Position numbers and translations under genes: made by a program. A model generated the notes under the pieces. That model saw only the letters and a program-made list of their open reading frames with translations, was not told the DNA's origin and did no database searches. Shown piece by piece: positions 29,416-40,660 of a DNA stretch of 64,000 nt (the stretch's first letter is position 1; every line of letters begins with the position of its first letter). This DNA is from Spirochaetota bacterium. Lineage in GTDB: Bacteria; Spirochaetota; UBA4802; UBA5550. The stretch spans positions 2,016,001 through 2,080,000 of the forward strand of contig CAXXHB010000003.1 in NCBI GenBank assembly GCA_963664815.2, given 5' to 3'.

Positions 29416-31866
29416 CTACATGGTAGCAGGTTTCTCCTCTCTTGATATTTCCGGGAGAGTAATCCCCCATTCATTTATTGTCTCTTTCCATCTATTGTAA
29501 ATATCTCTTGCCATTTTCATATCTCTGAAAAATTTCTCCGGACTTTCAAGCGCCAGAAAGAATACCTCCTCCATAGTTGAAACAGGATGAAAAACCATTT
29601 CGTTTCTTACATACTCCGGAATTTTATCCAAATCCTTTGCATTATCCTTGGGGAGTATTACATGCTTTATCTGAGCCCTGTGAGCGGCCAGAACCTTCTC
29701 CTTTAACCCGCCGATTGGAAGAACTTTTCCCCTCAGGGTTATCTCTCCTGTCATTGCCACATCTTTTCTGACAGGAATTTTACTGTATAGAGATGACATT
29801 ACAACAGCCATTGTAATACCAGCTGACGGTCCATCTTTCGGTATTGCACCTTCAGGGACATGAAGATGAAGGTCGTACTCCCTGAATACAGTATCATCGA
29901 CATTGAAAAACTGCTGGTTAGCCTTAACGTAAGTAAATGCTGCCTGTGCGGATTCCTGCATAACTTCGCCAAGCTTACCGGTCAGTTTAAGATCACCCTT
30001 GCCTTTGATAAGAGACGCTTCAATATTCAATATCTCTCCGCCAACCTCAGTCCATGCAAGACCATTGGCAAGACCTACTTCACTTTTTTCTTCCCTTACT
30101 CCGTGTTTGAATTTTATCGGACCAAGATATTTTTCTATCACATCTTCAGTTATTATCTTTTTAAAAGACGTATTGTTTTCAACAACTTCCCGTGCAGTTT
30201 TTCTGCAGACCTTGGCAATTACACGCTCAAGACTTCTTACTCCAGCCTCCCTTGTGTAATGCCGTATTGTATAAAGCATTACATCTTCAGAGAATTCCAG
30301 GTTGTGAGGCTTTAACCCGTTTTCATCAATCTGTTTATTCAAAAGAAAATCTATTGCAATACGCAGTTTTTCCGGTTCAGTGTAACTTGATAATTCAATT
30401 ATCTCCATCCTGTCCTGAAGAGGAATCGGGATATTATGTTGTGCGTTAGCCGTTGTTATGAACATTACATCTGAAAGATTGTAGGTGACCTCCATGTAAT
30501 GGTCCTGAAAAGAGTTATTCTGTTCAGGGTCAAGAACCTCAAGCAGCGCCGATGAAGGATCGCCACGAAAGTCCATAGACATTTTATCAATCTCATCGAG
30601 AAGGATAACTGGATTCACAGTTCCGGCCTTTTTCATCATCTGAATTATTCTTCCCGGAAGCGCACCAACATAAGTTCTTCTGTGACCTCTTATTTCAGCT
30701 TCATCTCTAACCCCACCAAGAGACATCCTGACAAATTTCCTGTTCAGGGCCCTCGCAACAGATTTTCCAAGAGATGTTTTACCTACGCCTGGAGGTCCCA
30801 CAAAGCAGAGGATAGGACCTTTAAGTTTTTTTGAAAGTTTATTTACTGCAATATATTCAATGATCCTTTCCTTTACTTCATCAAGACCATAATGATCCGT
30901 ATTGAGAATATCAACCGCATCCTGGATTTTCTTAATATCTTTGGTTTTCTTATGCCATGGAACATCTCTAAGCCATTCTATGTAATTTCTTACAACAGCC
31001 GATTCAGCTGACATAGGTGGCATTTTTTCAAGTCTCTTCAGCTCCTGAAGCGCCTTGTTTTTTGCTTCTTCACTCATTTTGGCATTATCAATTGAATTAC
31101 GCAGCTCCCCTATCTCGTCTACTTCACCTTCACCCTGCCCCAGTTCTTTTTTTATGACCTTCATCTGTTCATTGAGATAATACTCTTTCTGGGTCTTCTC
31201 CATCTGTTTACGGACCTGGCCCTGTATCTTCTTTTCAATATACATCACCTCTATTTCACCGTTAATATACTCAATAAGCTTATTAACGCGCTCCGCTGGA
31301 TTTCCTATTTCAAGAAGTGTCTGTTTATATTCAATTCTCATTTCAACATGGGAAGAAATAACATCACAGAGCTGGGAAATATCATCTATGCTCTCGCATG
31401 ATGTTAATGCCTCTTTAGGGACTTTTTTATTCAGCTTGATGTATTTCTCAAATGTATCAAGAATCGACGCCTTAATCGATTGTTTATCAATTTCGCTGTC
31501 TATCTGTCTTTCAACTCTCTTGATATTTACACCGATATGATCATCGCCCTGAATCCAGTCAGAGACAAAACATCTTGTAATGCCTTCAACAAGAACCTTT
31601 ATTGTTCCATCGGGAAGTTTAAGCAGCTGAAGTATCTCCGCCACAGTACCAACTTCATATAAATCGTTTTTTTCCGGTGAAGGATTCTGCGCATCCTTTT
31701 GTGTAAGAAGAATTATAAACCTGTCTTCTTTCATGGCCCTGTCGAGAGCATTGACAGATTTTTCTCTGCCAACAAACAGTGGTATAACCATATATGGATA
31801 CACAACCACATCCCGTAAAGGGAGCAGCGGGTATTTTTTATCAAAATCTACAATTCTATTTGCCAT
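29416..31866 (-). CDS. lon: Lon protease
   Basis: PLLPLRD, GPPGVGKTS, PKDGPSAG, IGGLKEK. Confidence 0.97.
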   Translation of the reverse strand: MANRIVDFDKKYPLLPLRDVVVYPYMVIPLFVGREKSVNALDRAMKEDRFIILLTQKDAQNPSPEKNDLYEVGTVAEILQLLKLPDGTIKVLVEGITRCFVSDWIQGDDHIGVNIKRVERQIDSEIDKQSIKASILDTFEKYIKLNKKVPKEALTSCESIDDISQLCDVISSHVEMRIEYKQTLLEIGNPAERVNKLIEYINGEIEVMYIEKKIQGQVRKQMEKTQKEYYLNEQMKVIKKELGQGEGEVDEIGELRNSIDNAKMSEEAKNKALQELKRLEKMPPMSAESAVVRNYIEWLRDVPWHKKTKDIKKIQDAVDILNTDHYGLDEVKERIIEYIAVNKLSKKLKGPILCFVGPPGVGKTSLGKSVARALNRKFVRMSLGGVRDEAEIRGHRRTYVGALPGRIIQMMKKAGTVNPVILLDEIDKMSMDFRGDPSSALLEVLDPEQNNSFQDHYMEVTYNLSDVMFITTANAQHNIPIPLQDRMEIIELSSYTEPEKLRIAIDFLLNKQIDENGLKPHNLEFSEDVMLYTIRHYTREAGVRSLERVIAKVCRKTAREVVENNTSFKKIITEDVIEKYLGPIKFKHGVREEKSEVGLANGLAWTEVGGEILNIEASLIKGKGDLKLTGKLGEVMQESAQAAFTYVKANQQFFNVDDTVFREYDLHLHVPEGAIPKDGPSAGITMAVVMSSLYSKIPVRKDVAMTGEITLRGKVLPIGGLKEKVLAAHRAQIKHVILPKDNAKDLDKIPEYVRNEMVFHPVSTMEEVFFLALESPEKFFRDMKMARDIYNRWKETINEWGITLPEISREEKPATM

Positions 31867-31884
31867 CAGTTCCTCTGATTGTTA

Positions 31885-33141
31885 TTAAGCTGTTTTTTCT
31901 TTTTTGTTGTATCTGATTACCGGGCTGCTCTGCTTAACAACCATATCTCTGGTAATAATAATTTTATCAATATTGTTATCTGACGGAATTTCATACATCA
32001 GATCAAGCATAAGCTGTTCAAGAACAGACCTTAATCCCCTTGCACCGGTTTTACGTTCAAGTGCTATTCTGGCTATCTCTTCTATGGCTTCATTTTCAAA
32101 TTCAAGTTCAATCTCTTCAAAAGAGAAAATTTTCTGGTATTGTCTTATTATTGAATTTTTAGGTTCGGTTAATATTCTTACAAGAGCTTTGTGATCCAGT
32201 TCATGCAGATGGGCAATGGTAGGTACACGCCCTACAAATTCCGGGATAAGTCCATATTTAATAAAATCTTCAGGTGTCAGATTCTTTGCTATATCTATAC
32301 TGGTTATATCCTTGGTTGATTGAATTTTTGCGCCGAAACCGAGAGATTTATTTCCGAGCCTTCCCTGTACAATTTTATCAAGCCCTATAAAAGCGCCGCC
32401 CAGTATAAAAAGGATATTAGTTGTATTAATTGTAATAAACTCCTGGTGGGGATGTTTTCTTCCACCCTGAGGAGGCACATTGGCAATAGTTCCTTCAATA
32501 ATTTTGAGAAGCGCCTGCTGAACTCCCTCCCCTGAAACATCACGGGTAATTGACGGATTATCTGATTTCCTTGAAATTTTGTCAATTTCATCAATATAGA
32601 TAATACCTACCTCCGCTTTCTTTATATCTCCATCAGCATTCTGTATAAGCCTTAAAAGAATATTTTCAACATCTTCACCCACATATCCCGCCTCAGTAAG
32701 CGAAGTAGCGTCAACAATTGCAAAAGGTACTTTCAGAAGCCTTGCAAGTGTCTGTGCAAGAAGGGTTTTCCCCGATCCGCTTGGTCCAGCTAAAAGTATA
32801 TTGCTTTTCTCAAGTTCTACATCATTTTTTGAAAGATTCTTATTTGAAGCTATTCTCTTGTAATGATTATATACAGCTACAGATAGAATTTTCTTGGCGA
32901 CATCCTGATCGATTACATACTGATCAAGCACTTCTTTGATCTCTTTGGGTTTGGGGAGAGAAGTAAAACTGTTATCAAAATTTACATCCGCTTCCTCAAT
33001 AAGAATTTCATTGCATAATTCTATGCATTCATCACAAATATATACATCAGGTCCTGCAACAAGCTTCTTTACAGATTCCTGACTTTTACCACAAAATGAG
33101 CAGGTTAATGATGCGGTGGAATCTTTCTTTTTTGTTGTCAT
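31885..33141 (-). CDS. clpX: ATP-dependent Clp protease ATPase ClpX
   Basis: CSFCGK zinc finger, [21 protein letters not shown]. Confidence 0.97.
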   Translation of the reverse strand: MTTKKKDSTASLTCSFCGKSQESVKKLVAGPDVYICDECIELCNEILIEEADVNFDNSFTSLPKPKEIKEVLDQYVIDQDVAKKILSVAVYNHYKRIASNKNLSKNDVELEKSNILLAGPSGSGKTLLAQTLARLLKVPFAIVDATSLTEAGYVGEDVENILLRLIQNADGDIKKAEVGIIYIDEIDKISRKSDNPSITRDVSGEGVQQALLKIIEGTIANVPPQGGRKHPHQEFITINTTNILFILGGAFIGLDKIVQGRLGNKSLGFGAKIQSTKDITSIDIAKNLTPEDFIKYGLIPEFVGRVPTIAHLHELDHKALVRILTEPKNSIIRQYQKIFSFEEIELEFENEAIEEIARIALERKTGARGLRSVLEQLMLDLMYEIPSDNNIDKIIITRDMVVKQSSPVIRYNKKEKTA

Positions 33142-33149
33142 AGATTTAC

Positions 33150-33737
33150 CTATTTTTCAGTCCTTTCTATTACCTTGTCAATAATACCGTATGTAACAGC
33201 CTCTTGTGATGACATGAAATTATCACGTTCCATGTCATTCTCGATTTTATCAACATCTTTACCTGTATGGTGAGCATATATCTCATTAAGCCTGGCCTTA
33301 ACCCTCAAAGTCTCCTTGGCGTGAATAGCAATATCTGAAGCCTGACCCTGGAAACCTCCTGAAGGCTGATGAATCATTATTCGTGAATTAGGGAGAGCGG
33401 ATCTTTTTCCCGGAGCACCTGCTGCAAGAAGCAGTGAACCCATTGACGCAGCCTGACCAAGACAAATTGTCGCAACATCACATTTTATGTACTGCATTGT
33501 ATCATATATAGCCATACCTGAAGTTACAACTCCACCCGGTGAGTTAATATACAGAAAAATATCCTTATCAGGATCCTCTGCTTCAAGGAATAGAAGCTGT
33601 GCAATAACCAGGCTGGCTATGTGATCATCAATAGCCTCTCCAAGAAAGATAATTCTATCTTTAAGCAGTCTGGAATATATATCGTATGAACGCTCCCCTC
33701 TGCTTGTCTGTTCTACTACTATCGGTACAAGGCTCAT
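33150..33737 (-). CDS. clpP: Clp protease proteolytic subunit
   Basis: [25 protein letters not shown]. Confidence 0.97.
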   Translation of the reverse strand: MSLVPIVVEQTSRGERSYDIYSRLLKDRIIFLGEAIDDHIASLVIAQLLFLEAEDPDKDIFLYINSPGGVVTSGMAIYDTMQYIKCDVATICLGQAASMGSLLLAAGAPGKRSALPNSRIMIHQPSGGFQGQASDIAIHAKETLRVKARLNEIYAHHTGKDVDKIENDMERDNFMSSQEAVTYGIIDKVIERTEK

Positions 33738-33926
33738 TTATAGTACACCCCTATTCTGATTTAAATTTATTCCGGCATCTGGTGAGATTAAAATAATTTT
33801 CATAATTTTATAGTATATTTATCGGATTGCAGGTTAATTTTTTTTTATAATTAATATGGATGAATCAGGACTTAATTTTATTTATGATGATTAAGATAAA
33901 ATTACCCGATCCATCCGACGTATCTT

Positions 33927-35282
33927 TTACTGTCCCATATTCACATTAAGATTTACAAATTCTTCAAGCGATATTGGAGATAATTTCTTAATATTGGCAT
34001 TAATATAGATCAAATTCATAGCATTATCAAGCACTATATCATTTTCAACCGATTCTTTACTTTTATTTTCCTCAATCATCCCTTCAATTTCCTGTACAGA
34101 TTTCCCCAATTGTGCTGAAAATTTCTTCAATGTTTCCTGATATTTCTCAGCAGATACTTTCAAATCCTCTTTTTTTGCTACTTCAGAAAGAACCAGGGTA
34201 TGTTTAATAGATATAAAGGCATCTTCTCTCAATTTTTTTCTGTACTCTTCAGGATCAAGCCCAAGAGCCATGGCAAAGTGCTCGATATTATCAGCATTAT
34301 AACCTATACGTTGCTGGGTTTTTTTAAATATTGAATACATTTCATTTAAAACCATTGTTTCAGGAATATCGAAAGTACATTTTTCAATAACTTTATTCAT
34401 CAAATCGTTTTTTACATCAGTTGAAATTCGATCATTTATAAAATTTTCCAGATATTCTTTTGTTTTAATTTTCATATCTTCGGCAGATTCATAGCCTGAA
34501 CCTTTTGCAAATTCATCATCAACTTCAGGAAGCTCAACAGTACTTACCTCTGCAAGCCTGATTACATACGTTATCTCCTTTCCTGTAAACTCTTTTATGT
34601 GATAATCGTCAGGGTATTTAATTGTTACAGTTTTTTCATCCCCCTTTTTCATCCCCAATAAATCTTTGTCCAGCGTATACTTATCCTTACTTTTACCTAC
34701 AACTATTGAATATTCTTTGAATTCAACATTCTGGACTTCTTCCTGGGAAACATTATCTATTCTTTTAAGGTTAAATTTTACAAGGTTTCCTTTAATAACT
34801 TCAAAGCCTGGATCTTCTATTACAGTTATATTTGCGTACCTTTCCCTTACAGTGTCTATTTCAGATTGTATATCTTCTTCTGAAAGATTACAGACTTTTT
34901 CTTCAGAAATAATGCCCTTATAATCTCCAAGTTCAATTGTAGGCATAACTTCAAATATAGCCTTAAACTTAAAAGGCTCATCTCTGCTGATGTTTTCAAA
35001 AGAAATTTTTGGTTCAACTATAGGTGCTAGTTCTTTCTTTTCCACTGCTTCATAAAATGTAATTCGTGCAAGGTTCTCTGCGACTTCTCCCCCGGCATAA
35101 TCTTTATATTTAGTTTCAATTAATTGAATGGGCGCTTTCCCCTGTCTGAAACCGTCAATTTTTGCATTTTTCTGCAGTTTATTAAAAACTGTTTTATACT
35201 CATTTTCAACTCTTTCAACAGGAATTTCTATTTCCAGTTCAACAACGGCATTTTCGAGTTTTTTTTCACTTAAGATATTCAA
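33927..35282 (-). CDS. tig: Trigger factor
   Basis: IDGFRQGKAP; upstream of clpP; likely TTG start at 35282 after AGAGG. Confidence 0.92.
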   Translation of the reverse strand: MNILSEKKLENAVVELEIEIPVERVENEYKTVFNKLQKNAKIDGFRQGKAPIQLIETKYKDYAGGEVAENLARITFYEAVEKKELAPIVEPKISFENISRDEPFKFKAIFEVMPTIELGDYKGIISEEKVCNLSEEDIQSEIDTVRERYANITVIEDPGFEVIKGNLVKFNLKRIDNVSQEEVQNVEFKEYSIVVGKSKDKYTLDKDLLGMKKGDEKTVTIKYPDDYHIKEFTGKEITYVIRLAEVSTVELPEVDDEFAKGSGYESAEDMKIKTKEYLENFINDRISTDVKNDLMNKVIEKCTFDIPETMVLNEMYSIFKKTQQRIGYNADNIEHFAMALGLDPEEYRKKLREDAFISIKHTLVLSEVAKKEDLKVSAEKYQETLKKFSAQLGKSVQEIEGMIEENKSKESVENDIVLDNAMNLIYINANIKKLSPISLEEFVNLNVNMGQ

Positions 35283-35627
35283 TTTGTACCTCTTTTTTAG
35301 TAATAAATATTCGTTGCCTGACTTCAATCAAAATATTTAAGCCCAACTATTATAAAAATTCTATATTCATAAATATTTAGTGATTAATTTCATTATCATT
35401 CTTTAACACTTCCATAGGATAAAATAATTTATCAACAGCCTTTTTTTCCGGCCATCATATGAAAAATCTATTTTTAAACTAACAAGATTTTTTAAAGAAT
35501 TATTAATTCAATTATTTGCACAGTACATTAACTTTAAACTATGAATTCAAAACAAGGTTATGCGTCAAACATTTTTTATTTATCTTTTGAATGAATACGA
35601 GGTATTATATGTGTAAACATTTAAAAT

Positions 35628-35658
35628 AAAAAAGGCGCTTAACACTTTAAGCGCCTTT
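35628..35658 (-). terminator. Terminator after tRNA pair
   Basis: AAAGGCGCTTAA-AGTG-TTAAGCGCCTTT followed by T run on the minus strand. Confidence 0.8.
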
Positions 35659-35662
35659 CATG

Positions 35663-35734
<72 letters not shown>

Positions 35735-35749
35735 GTATTCGGCCTCTTT

Positions 35750-35831
35750 TGCGAGCGAAGGGAGTCGAACCCCCACACCTTACGGTACCAGATCCTAAGT
35801 CTGGCGTGTCTGCCAGTTCCACCACGCTCGC
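35750..35831 (-). tRNA. tRNA-Leu(TAG), CCA not encoded
   Basis: GCGAGCGTGGTGGAACTGGCAGACACGCCAGACTTAGGATCTGG-long variable arm-GGGGGTTCGACTCCCTTCGCTCGCA. Confidence 0.97.
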
Positions 35832-36052
35832 TAAAGACGATTGTTATATTTATTAATGGGCAATATAATGCAACTAAATTTTTTATTTTTATCTAAAAAT
35901 TTTTTCGTGGAACATTCTTCTCCAATCATGGGTCAAAAGAATATCAGGCATGAAAAATTCGTTGTTACATAACTAAAGTTACATATATTAAACAATCTCA
36001 TGTGGACTGATCTCTGTTCATTATATTGAAGTCTCAATGGAGTTTACCGGTA

Positions 36053-36463
36053 ATGATTAATCGGTTTCAAATTCTGTCATGCTGCATAGCAGCAGTTTTT
36101 ATTTTTTTTACCGCATGTGATGATCCGTCGGTACCTTCAACCTATAACTTCAAGGTAATGTCATCAGACGGACCATTTACCGGTTATTACTCGGTTGATG
36201 GCGGTTCATTCCAGTATTTTGACGGTTCACTGGCATCCGGAAGTTCCTATTTCTACAGTTATGAGAAAAATTTATCATCTCCTGATTCAATAATGGTCTA
36301 CGCGATAGGTACAGATACATCGGCAACATCAATATCAATTTTTATATATGAAGACGGCGCCCTGGGCGACAGTATAACAGTCTCACAGTCAACCGATTCT
36401 TATGGTAATGATTTAAAGGTTGTAGCAACGATTTCATATACATTCAATGAATCAGATGACTGA
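36053..36463 (+). CDS. Hypothetical lipoprotein
   Basis: Lipobox-like FTAC; Ser/Tyr-rich beta-type mature part. Confidence 0.65.
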   Translation: MINRFQILSCCIAAVFIFFTACDDPSVPSTYNFKVMSSDGPFTGYYSVDGGSFQYFDGSLASGSSYFYSYEKNLSSPDSIMVYAIGTDTSATSISIFIYEDGALGDSITVSQSTDSYGNDLKVVATISYTFNESDD

Positions 36464-36587
36464 TATTATTTCTATTGACTAAACTATCCCTGTTTCTTTA
36501 TTTTTAAAATATGCTGTATATATTTTAAAAAACGGTAAAATTTATGTTTCCAGAAGAGAACATAACCCACAATCAGCCGGGGAAGAA

Positions 36588-37328
36588 ATGACTCCTGAAA
36601 TTCTGTACGAAGACAACCATATAATAATTATCACCAAACCTCCAGGTATGCTTTCACAGGGAGATTCCTCCGGAGATGAATCCATGCTGGATATTCTCAA
36701 GCAATATATTAAAAAAAAGTATAAAAAAGATGGCGATGTTTTTTTAGGTCTTGTTCACAGGCTTGATAAACCGGTTTCCGGTGTAATGGTTTTTGCACGA
36801 ACCTCCAAGGCTGCAAGACGACTTCATACGGAAATAATAAACGGGAATATGGAAAAATATTATGCAGCAGTTATTGAAAAAAAATTACATACAGATAAAA
36901 AATGGCATTTGCTTGAAAACTTTCTGGTAAGAGAAAACAATCTTACAAAAGTTACAGATAATGTCAGCAGCAACTCCCAAAAAGCAGATCTTTACTACAG
37001 AGTAATATTATCATCTGATAAATATTCCCTGATTATTGTAAAACTCGGCACAGGGAGAAAACACCAGATACGTGCTCAATTATCTGCAATCGGTGCACCT
37101 GTTGCCGGTGATAAAAAATATGGTGCTAAGTCGGAATTAAATAACAGAATTTGTCTTCATTCTGTGCTTCTTGCATTTAAACATCCCACCCTGAACAGTA
37201 AGATGTCATTCTACTCGGATATACCGGAAGTATTTAATAAATTAATTCAAACAGATTCAGAAAAAATAAAAAATGAAATACTTGAATTGGCCGCTGACTT
37301 TAAGCCTACGCTTTGGCATCAAAATTAA
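36588..37328 (+). CDS. RluA/RluD family pseudouridine synthase
   Basis: KPPGMLSQ, VHRLDKPVSG, TGRKHQIR, GDKKYG. Confidence 0.92.
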   Translation: MTPEILYEDNHIIIITKPPGMLSQGDSSGDESMLDILKQYIKKKYKKDGDVFLGLVHRLDKPVSGVMVFARTSKAARRLHTEIINGNMEKYYAAVIEKKLHTDKKWHLLENFLVRENNLTKVTDNVSSNSQKADLYYRVILSSDKYSLIIVKLGTGRKHQIRAQLSAIGAPVAGDKKYGAKSELNNRICLHSVLLAFKHPTLNSKMSFYSDIPEVFNKLIQTDSEKIKNEILELAADFKPTLWHQN

Positions 37329-37479
37329 TACCCCTGGTATCCTTAAATGTTTTAATGGTTTTTTCAGTTTCCAGTGCCGTTTTTATTCTTTTACTCTCCT
37401 GTTCCCTGATTCTTTTATCAGAATTTTCAAATACACCCTTTTGCAGCATTTGTACGGAATCTGTTTTGTCAATTTTCAT
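37306..37479 (-). CDS. Small hypothetical protein (57 aa)
   Basis: Strong GAGGGGGGTG RBS; MKIDK...RGINFDAKA. Confidence 0.55.
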   Translation of the reverse strand: MKIDKTDSVQMLQKGVFENSDKRIREQESKRIKTALETEKTIKTFKDTRGINFDAKA

Positions 37480-37766
37480 GTTCACCCCCCTCTGAATCAT
37501 GAAACATCACTACAGGCTTCTTTTATCAGAAACAACTTTAAACCTTATTTATATTATATGCTATAAATATTATAACCTGCAGTATAACTGTTTTCAATAT
37601 TACCCTATACATAGTATAAAAAGAAAAAGTGTAAAAGTCATCTATTTTTCAGCATTAAACTGTCATTTTCTTTTATAATGCATGTTAATTCCTTAACTTA
37701 TATTTCAGTTTAAAATACATGAATTTATTTAATCTGTCTTAGGCGTCGGAAAAAAAATAAAAATTT

Positions 37767-38570
37767 TTATTTTGACCTGATTATCAGTCCATGCTGGACC
37801 TTAAGAACTACACTGTTCTTTATCAGATTACTGATACCCTCAGCCATATCCAGATCACTGATATTACTCTCAGATCTCTGTAAATTCAGATACTGGCAGC
37901 TTTTCCCATCTATCTGAAATGTAAGCACATTGGATTTTATACCCTGTATAATCCGCTTCCTTGTAAGTTTTGTCATGGCTTCATCAACAAGTCCTATGGA
38001 ATTCTCAGGATTATGCAGAACATCAACTCCATCAAGTCCAAGATTTTCAGCAGTCAGCTCCGGAATTATATTTATTTTGTTAAACTGGCTGAATTTTGCA
38101 TTCATATTAACCTGGTTTAACATCTGAGATATTTCAGTCTGTATCAATTCCCTGTCCTCTGCGGTAAAAATTCCGCTTGAAGCCTGAATAATAAGCAGTC
38201 TTATCCTCTGAAGAATATTCTGATCCTCAGCAGCTGCTGATTCAATTGCATTATGAAAATTCCTCATGTCTTCGGCATTCATTGATTCGCGGCTTAACTG
38301 GTTTAAAAGGCTGCTCATTTTTTCGGCAACTGCAAATCCGGATGGATCATCTGAGGCGCTGTTAATTCTTTTCCCTGTTGATAATTGTGCCATCTGTTTA
38401 TCGAGATTGAACGATGTAATCCTGCTCTGATTGAGTATGAAAGTATTCTGTCCATATCCGTAAACATAAAAATTTGCTCCATCCGGCCGGAACAGAAAAC
38501 TGGCATCTTTACCGGGTGCATTCAATGATAAAAGTAAAATCAATGATGCCGCGTATAACAACTTTTTCAT
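37767..38570 (-). CDS. Flagellin-family protein with N-terminal signal-peptide-like extension
   Basis: LSTGKRINSASDDPSG, LQRIR.L..QASSG.....DR..IQ.E, SQFN, SNISDLDMA; begins MKKLLYAASLILLLSLNA. Confidence 0.85.
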   Translation of the reverse strand: MKKLLYAASLILLLSLNAPGKDASFLFRPDGANFYVYGYGQNTFILNQSRITSFNLDKQMAQLSTGKRINSASDDPSGFAVAEKMSSLLNQLSRESMNAEDMRNFHNAIESAAAEDQNILQRIRLLIIQASSGIFTAEDRELIQTEISQMLNQVNMNAKFSQFNKINIIPELTAENLGLDGVDVLHNPENSIGLVDEAMTKLTRKRIIQGIKSNVLTFQIDGKSCQYLNLQRSESNISDLDMAEGISNLIKNSVVLKVQHGLIIRSK

Positions 38571-38776
38571 AATTTACACTCCATAAAAAAATAGTAATAA
38601 ATCTAAAAAAAGTTCCAATTTTAAAAGGGAATATTAAACTTAATCTTCAATCTTTAATTCGTGATAACTACGAAATTCTTACATGAAAATAATCAAATTA
38701 CAGCAAAAGCTTTAATTATGAAAATACTGCTTCATAAAAAAAATACAGAATAATTTTCTGTTATTCCTGCTTTTTT

Positions 38777-40633
38777 TTATCTCTTCAGTATTTTATCAGT
38801 ATCAAGGAGCTGCTGGTTCAGATGAATTACGTTTATATAATTCTTCAACCCTGCAGCTGATTGAATATTTGCACTATCTCCAATAATATTATTTTTTTCG
38901 GATGGATCCTTTTCAAGGTCAAACAGGTATTCCTTACCGTTTTTAAGGTTTGTTATATATTTCAGAGGGTATTCAACCACCTGGAGAAAACGCCCGTTAT
39001 ATGGCTGTACCAGAAAAACCGGGTGTCTGCTTTTACGGTCAAATACCGACAACCCGGTCATCGTATGCGCAACATCTGTTATGCCCAGCATATCTGTAAT
39101 TGTCGGTCCGATATCAATCTGAGAATAAACCCTCCGGCTTATCCGTTCAGGTTTAATTACTCCGTCCCACAGTATAAGAAACGGGATACGGAAGGTTTCA
39201 TCGTAGAAACAGACCTCGTTATTATATATGCCATGCTCTCTCATCGGAAAGCTGTGATCGGCGGTGATTATTATAATCGAGTTCTCAAGGTATTTCCTTT
39301 TATTTAACAATTCAAAAAACACCGGAAGCTGGCTGTCACTAAGTCTTAATGCATTTGAATACTTTTCCTTTATATTCTGAGGATTTTTATATATAGTACG
39401 CTTTTCAGGGGGCATTCCGTCGCAGGGTATATGAGTCCCGATAGTCATAAGCGAAGCGAATACAGGTTTTTGTGGGGTTTTATTATGCAGGGAGTCAAGC
39501 ATACCGAAAAATCTTTCATAGAATATTTTATCTTCAACACCCCATCCCCATATAAACGGTTTGTCTTCTTTCTGTCTGAACTCGCTGTAGGATTTTATTA
39601 TGGAAAAACCGGCTTTCTTCATACTGTTTTTTGTATTATCAAACTGCAGATTATGATATGCCTGGAAAAAAACCGTTTCATATCCTTCTCCTGCAAGTAT
39701 TGAAGGAAAACCCCTGATATTGAGATTCGGGTAATCGACAAATATTTTTCCTTTGAAACTCGGCAGAACTGAAAAGAATATGGAGGCCTGGCCTTTGCAT
39801 GTCTGAACCGAATTGCCGTAAAAACGATCTATATATAACCCTTTTTTTATCAGAGAATTAAAATATGGTGTATAGTCCAAACCATCTGGAGCTTTTGACT
39901 CAACAAAATTAGCATTGAATGATTCAATCATTATAAGGAAAATATTTGGTTTATTTTTTTTTGCCGGTGGAACCGATGAACTTATTGATGTCAAAGGAAT
40001 ACTCTTCCTTTCATAGGGATATTCGGATGTTGATGGATGTGCATAAAGTTCTGAACTTTTACCCGGCAGTGCGCTTTTAGCGAAAAGAGTTAATCCATCC
40101 CCCCCCTGCACCGGAAGTAATACGAGAACAATCCACACAATAAATGAAACCGCAGCCGGTTTGAATTTAAATTTATCATTTATTTCTGCCGTACTGAACC
40201 TGAACTCAATGAATGCAAAGACTGAAAGAAAAACTGAAAGAAAAATTATATCCATTTTGCTGAATGGTGTACTGATCATGGTAAATGCCTCTGCTGAAAA
40301 ACTTATCCCGATATTATCCTTTACCAAAGAAAAATCAAGGGGCGAGCCCGAAGTAAGCTGGTATGCATTTAGTCCCCACAATATGGAGGAAAACAATGGA
40401 AAAAATATTCTCCGCAATATTTTATTTACCAGTAAAATCTCAAATACTGATGAAATCAGATAAAGAGTAAATACGCTGAAAACCGCAAAAAATAAACCGG
40501 AGGGATTTAAAGAATAATCCTGAATATTGTTTATTATAAACAGAACGGTATAAAAAAGCTGAATTACAATCAGCGAAAAGAATAAAAATCCAGGGGCAGG
40601 TATATACGATTTAAATTTACTGTTAATATTCAT
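38777..40633 (-). CDS. LTA synthase / sulfatase-fold membrane protein
   Basis: About 5 N-terminal TMs; PNIFLIMIES, SVQT, TIGTH, IITADH, FRIPFLI, DIGPT. Confidence 0.8.
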   Translation of the reverse strand: MNINSKFKSYIPAPGFLFFSLIVIQLFYTVLFIINNIQDYSLNPSGLFFAVFSVFTLYLISSVFEILLVNKILRRIFFPLFSSILWGLNAYQLTSGSPLDFSLVKDNIGISFSAEAFTMISTPFSKMDIIFLSVFLSVFAFIEFRFSTAEINDKFKFKPAAVSFIVWIVLVLLPVQGGDGLTLFAKSALPGKSSELYAHPSTSEYPYERKSIPLTSISSSVPPAKKNKPNIFLIMIESFNANFVESKAPDGLDYTPYFNSLIKKGLYIDRFYGNSVQTCKGQASIFFSVLPSFKGKIFVDYPNLNIRGFPSILAGEGYETVFFQAYHNLQFDNTKNSMKKAGFSIIKSYSEFRQKEDKPFIWGWGVEDKIFYERFFGMLDSLHNKTPQKPVFASLMTIGTHIPCDGMPPEKRTIYKNPQNIKEKYSNALRLSDSQLPVFFELLNKRKYLENSIIIITADHSFPMREHGIYNNEVCFYDETFRIPFLILWDGVIKPERISRRVYSQIDIGPTITDMLGITDVAHTMTGLSVFDRKSRHPVFLVQPYNGRFLQVVEYPLKYITNLKNGKEYLFDLEKDPSEKNNIIGDSANIQSAAGLKNYINVIHLNQQLLDTDKILKR

Positions 40634-40660
40634 TTAAGCTTTACCATGTCAGTTTTTTTA

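Noticed and set aside
37520-37555. Sigma28 promoter for the small ORF near the flagellin
   Set aside because: TCTGATAA is a weak match and the spacing to TAAA is wrong
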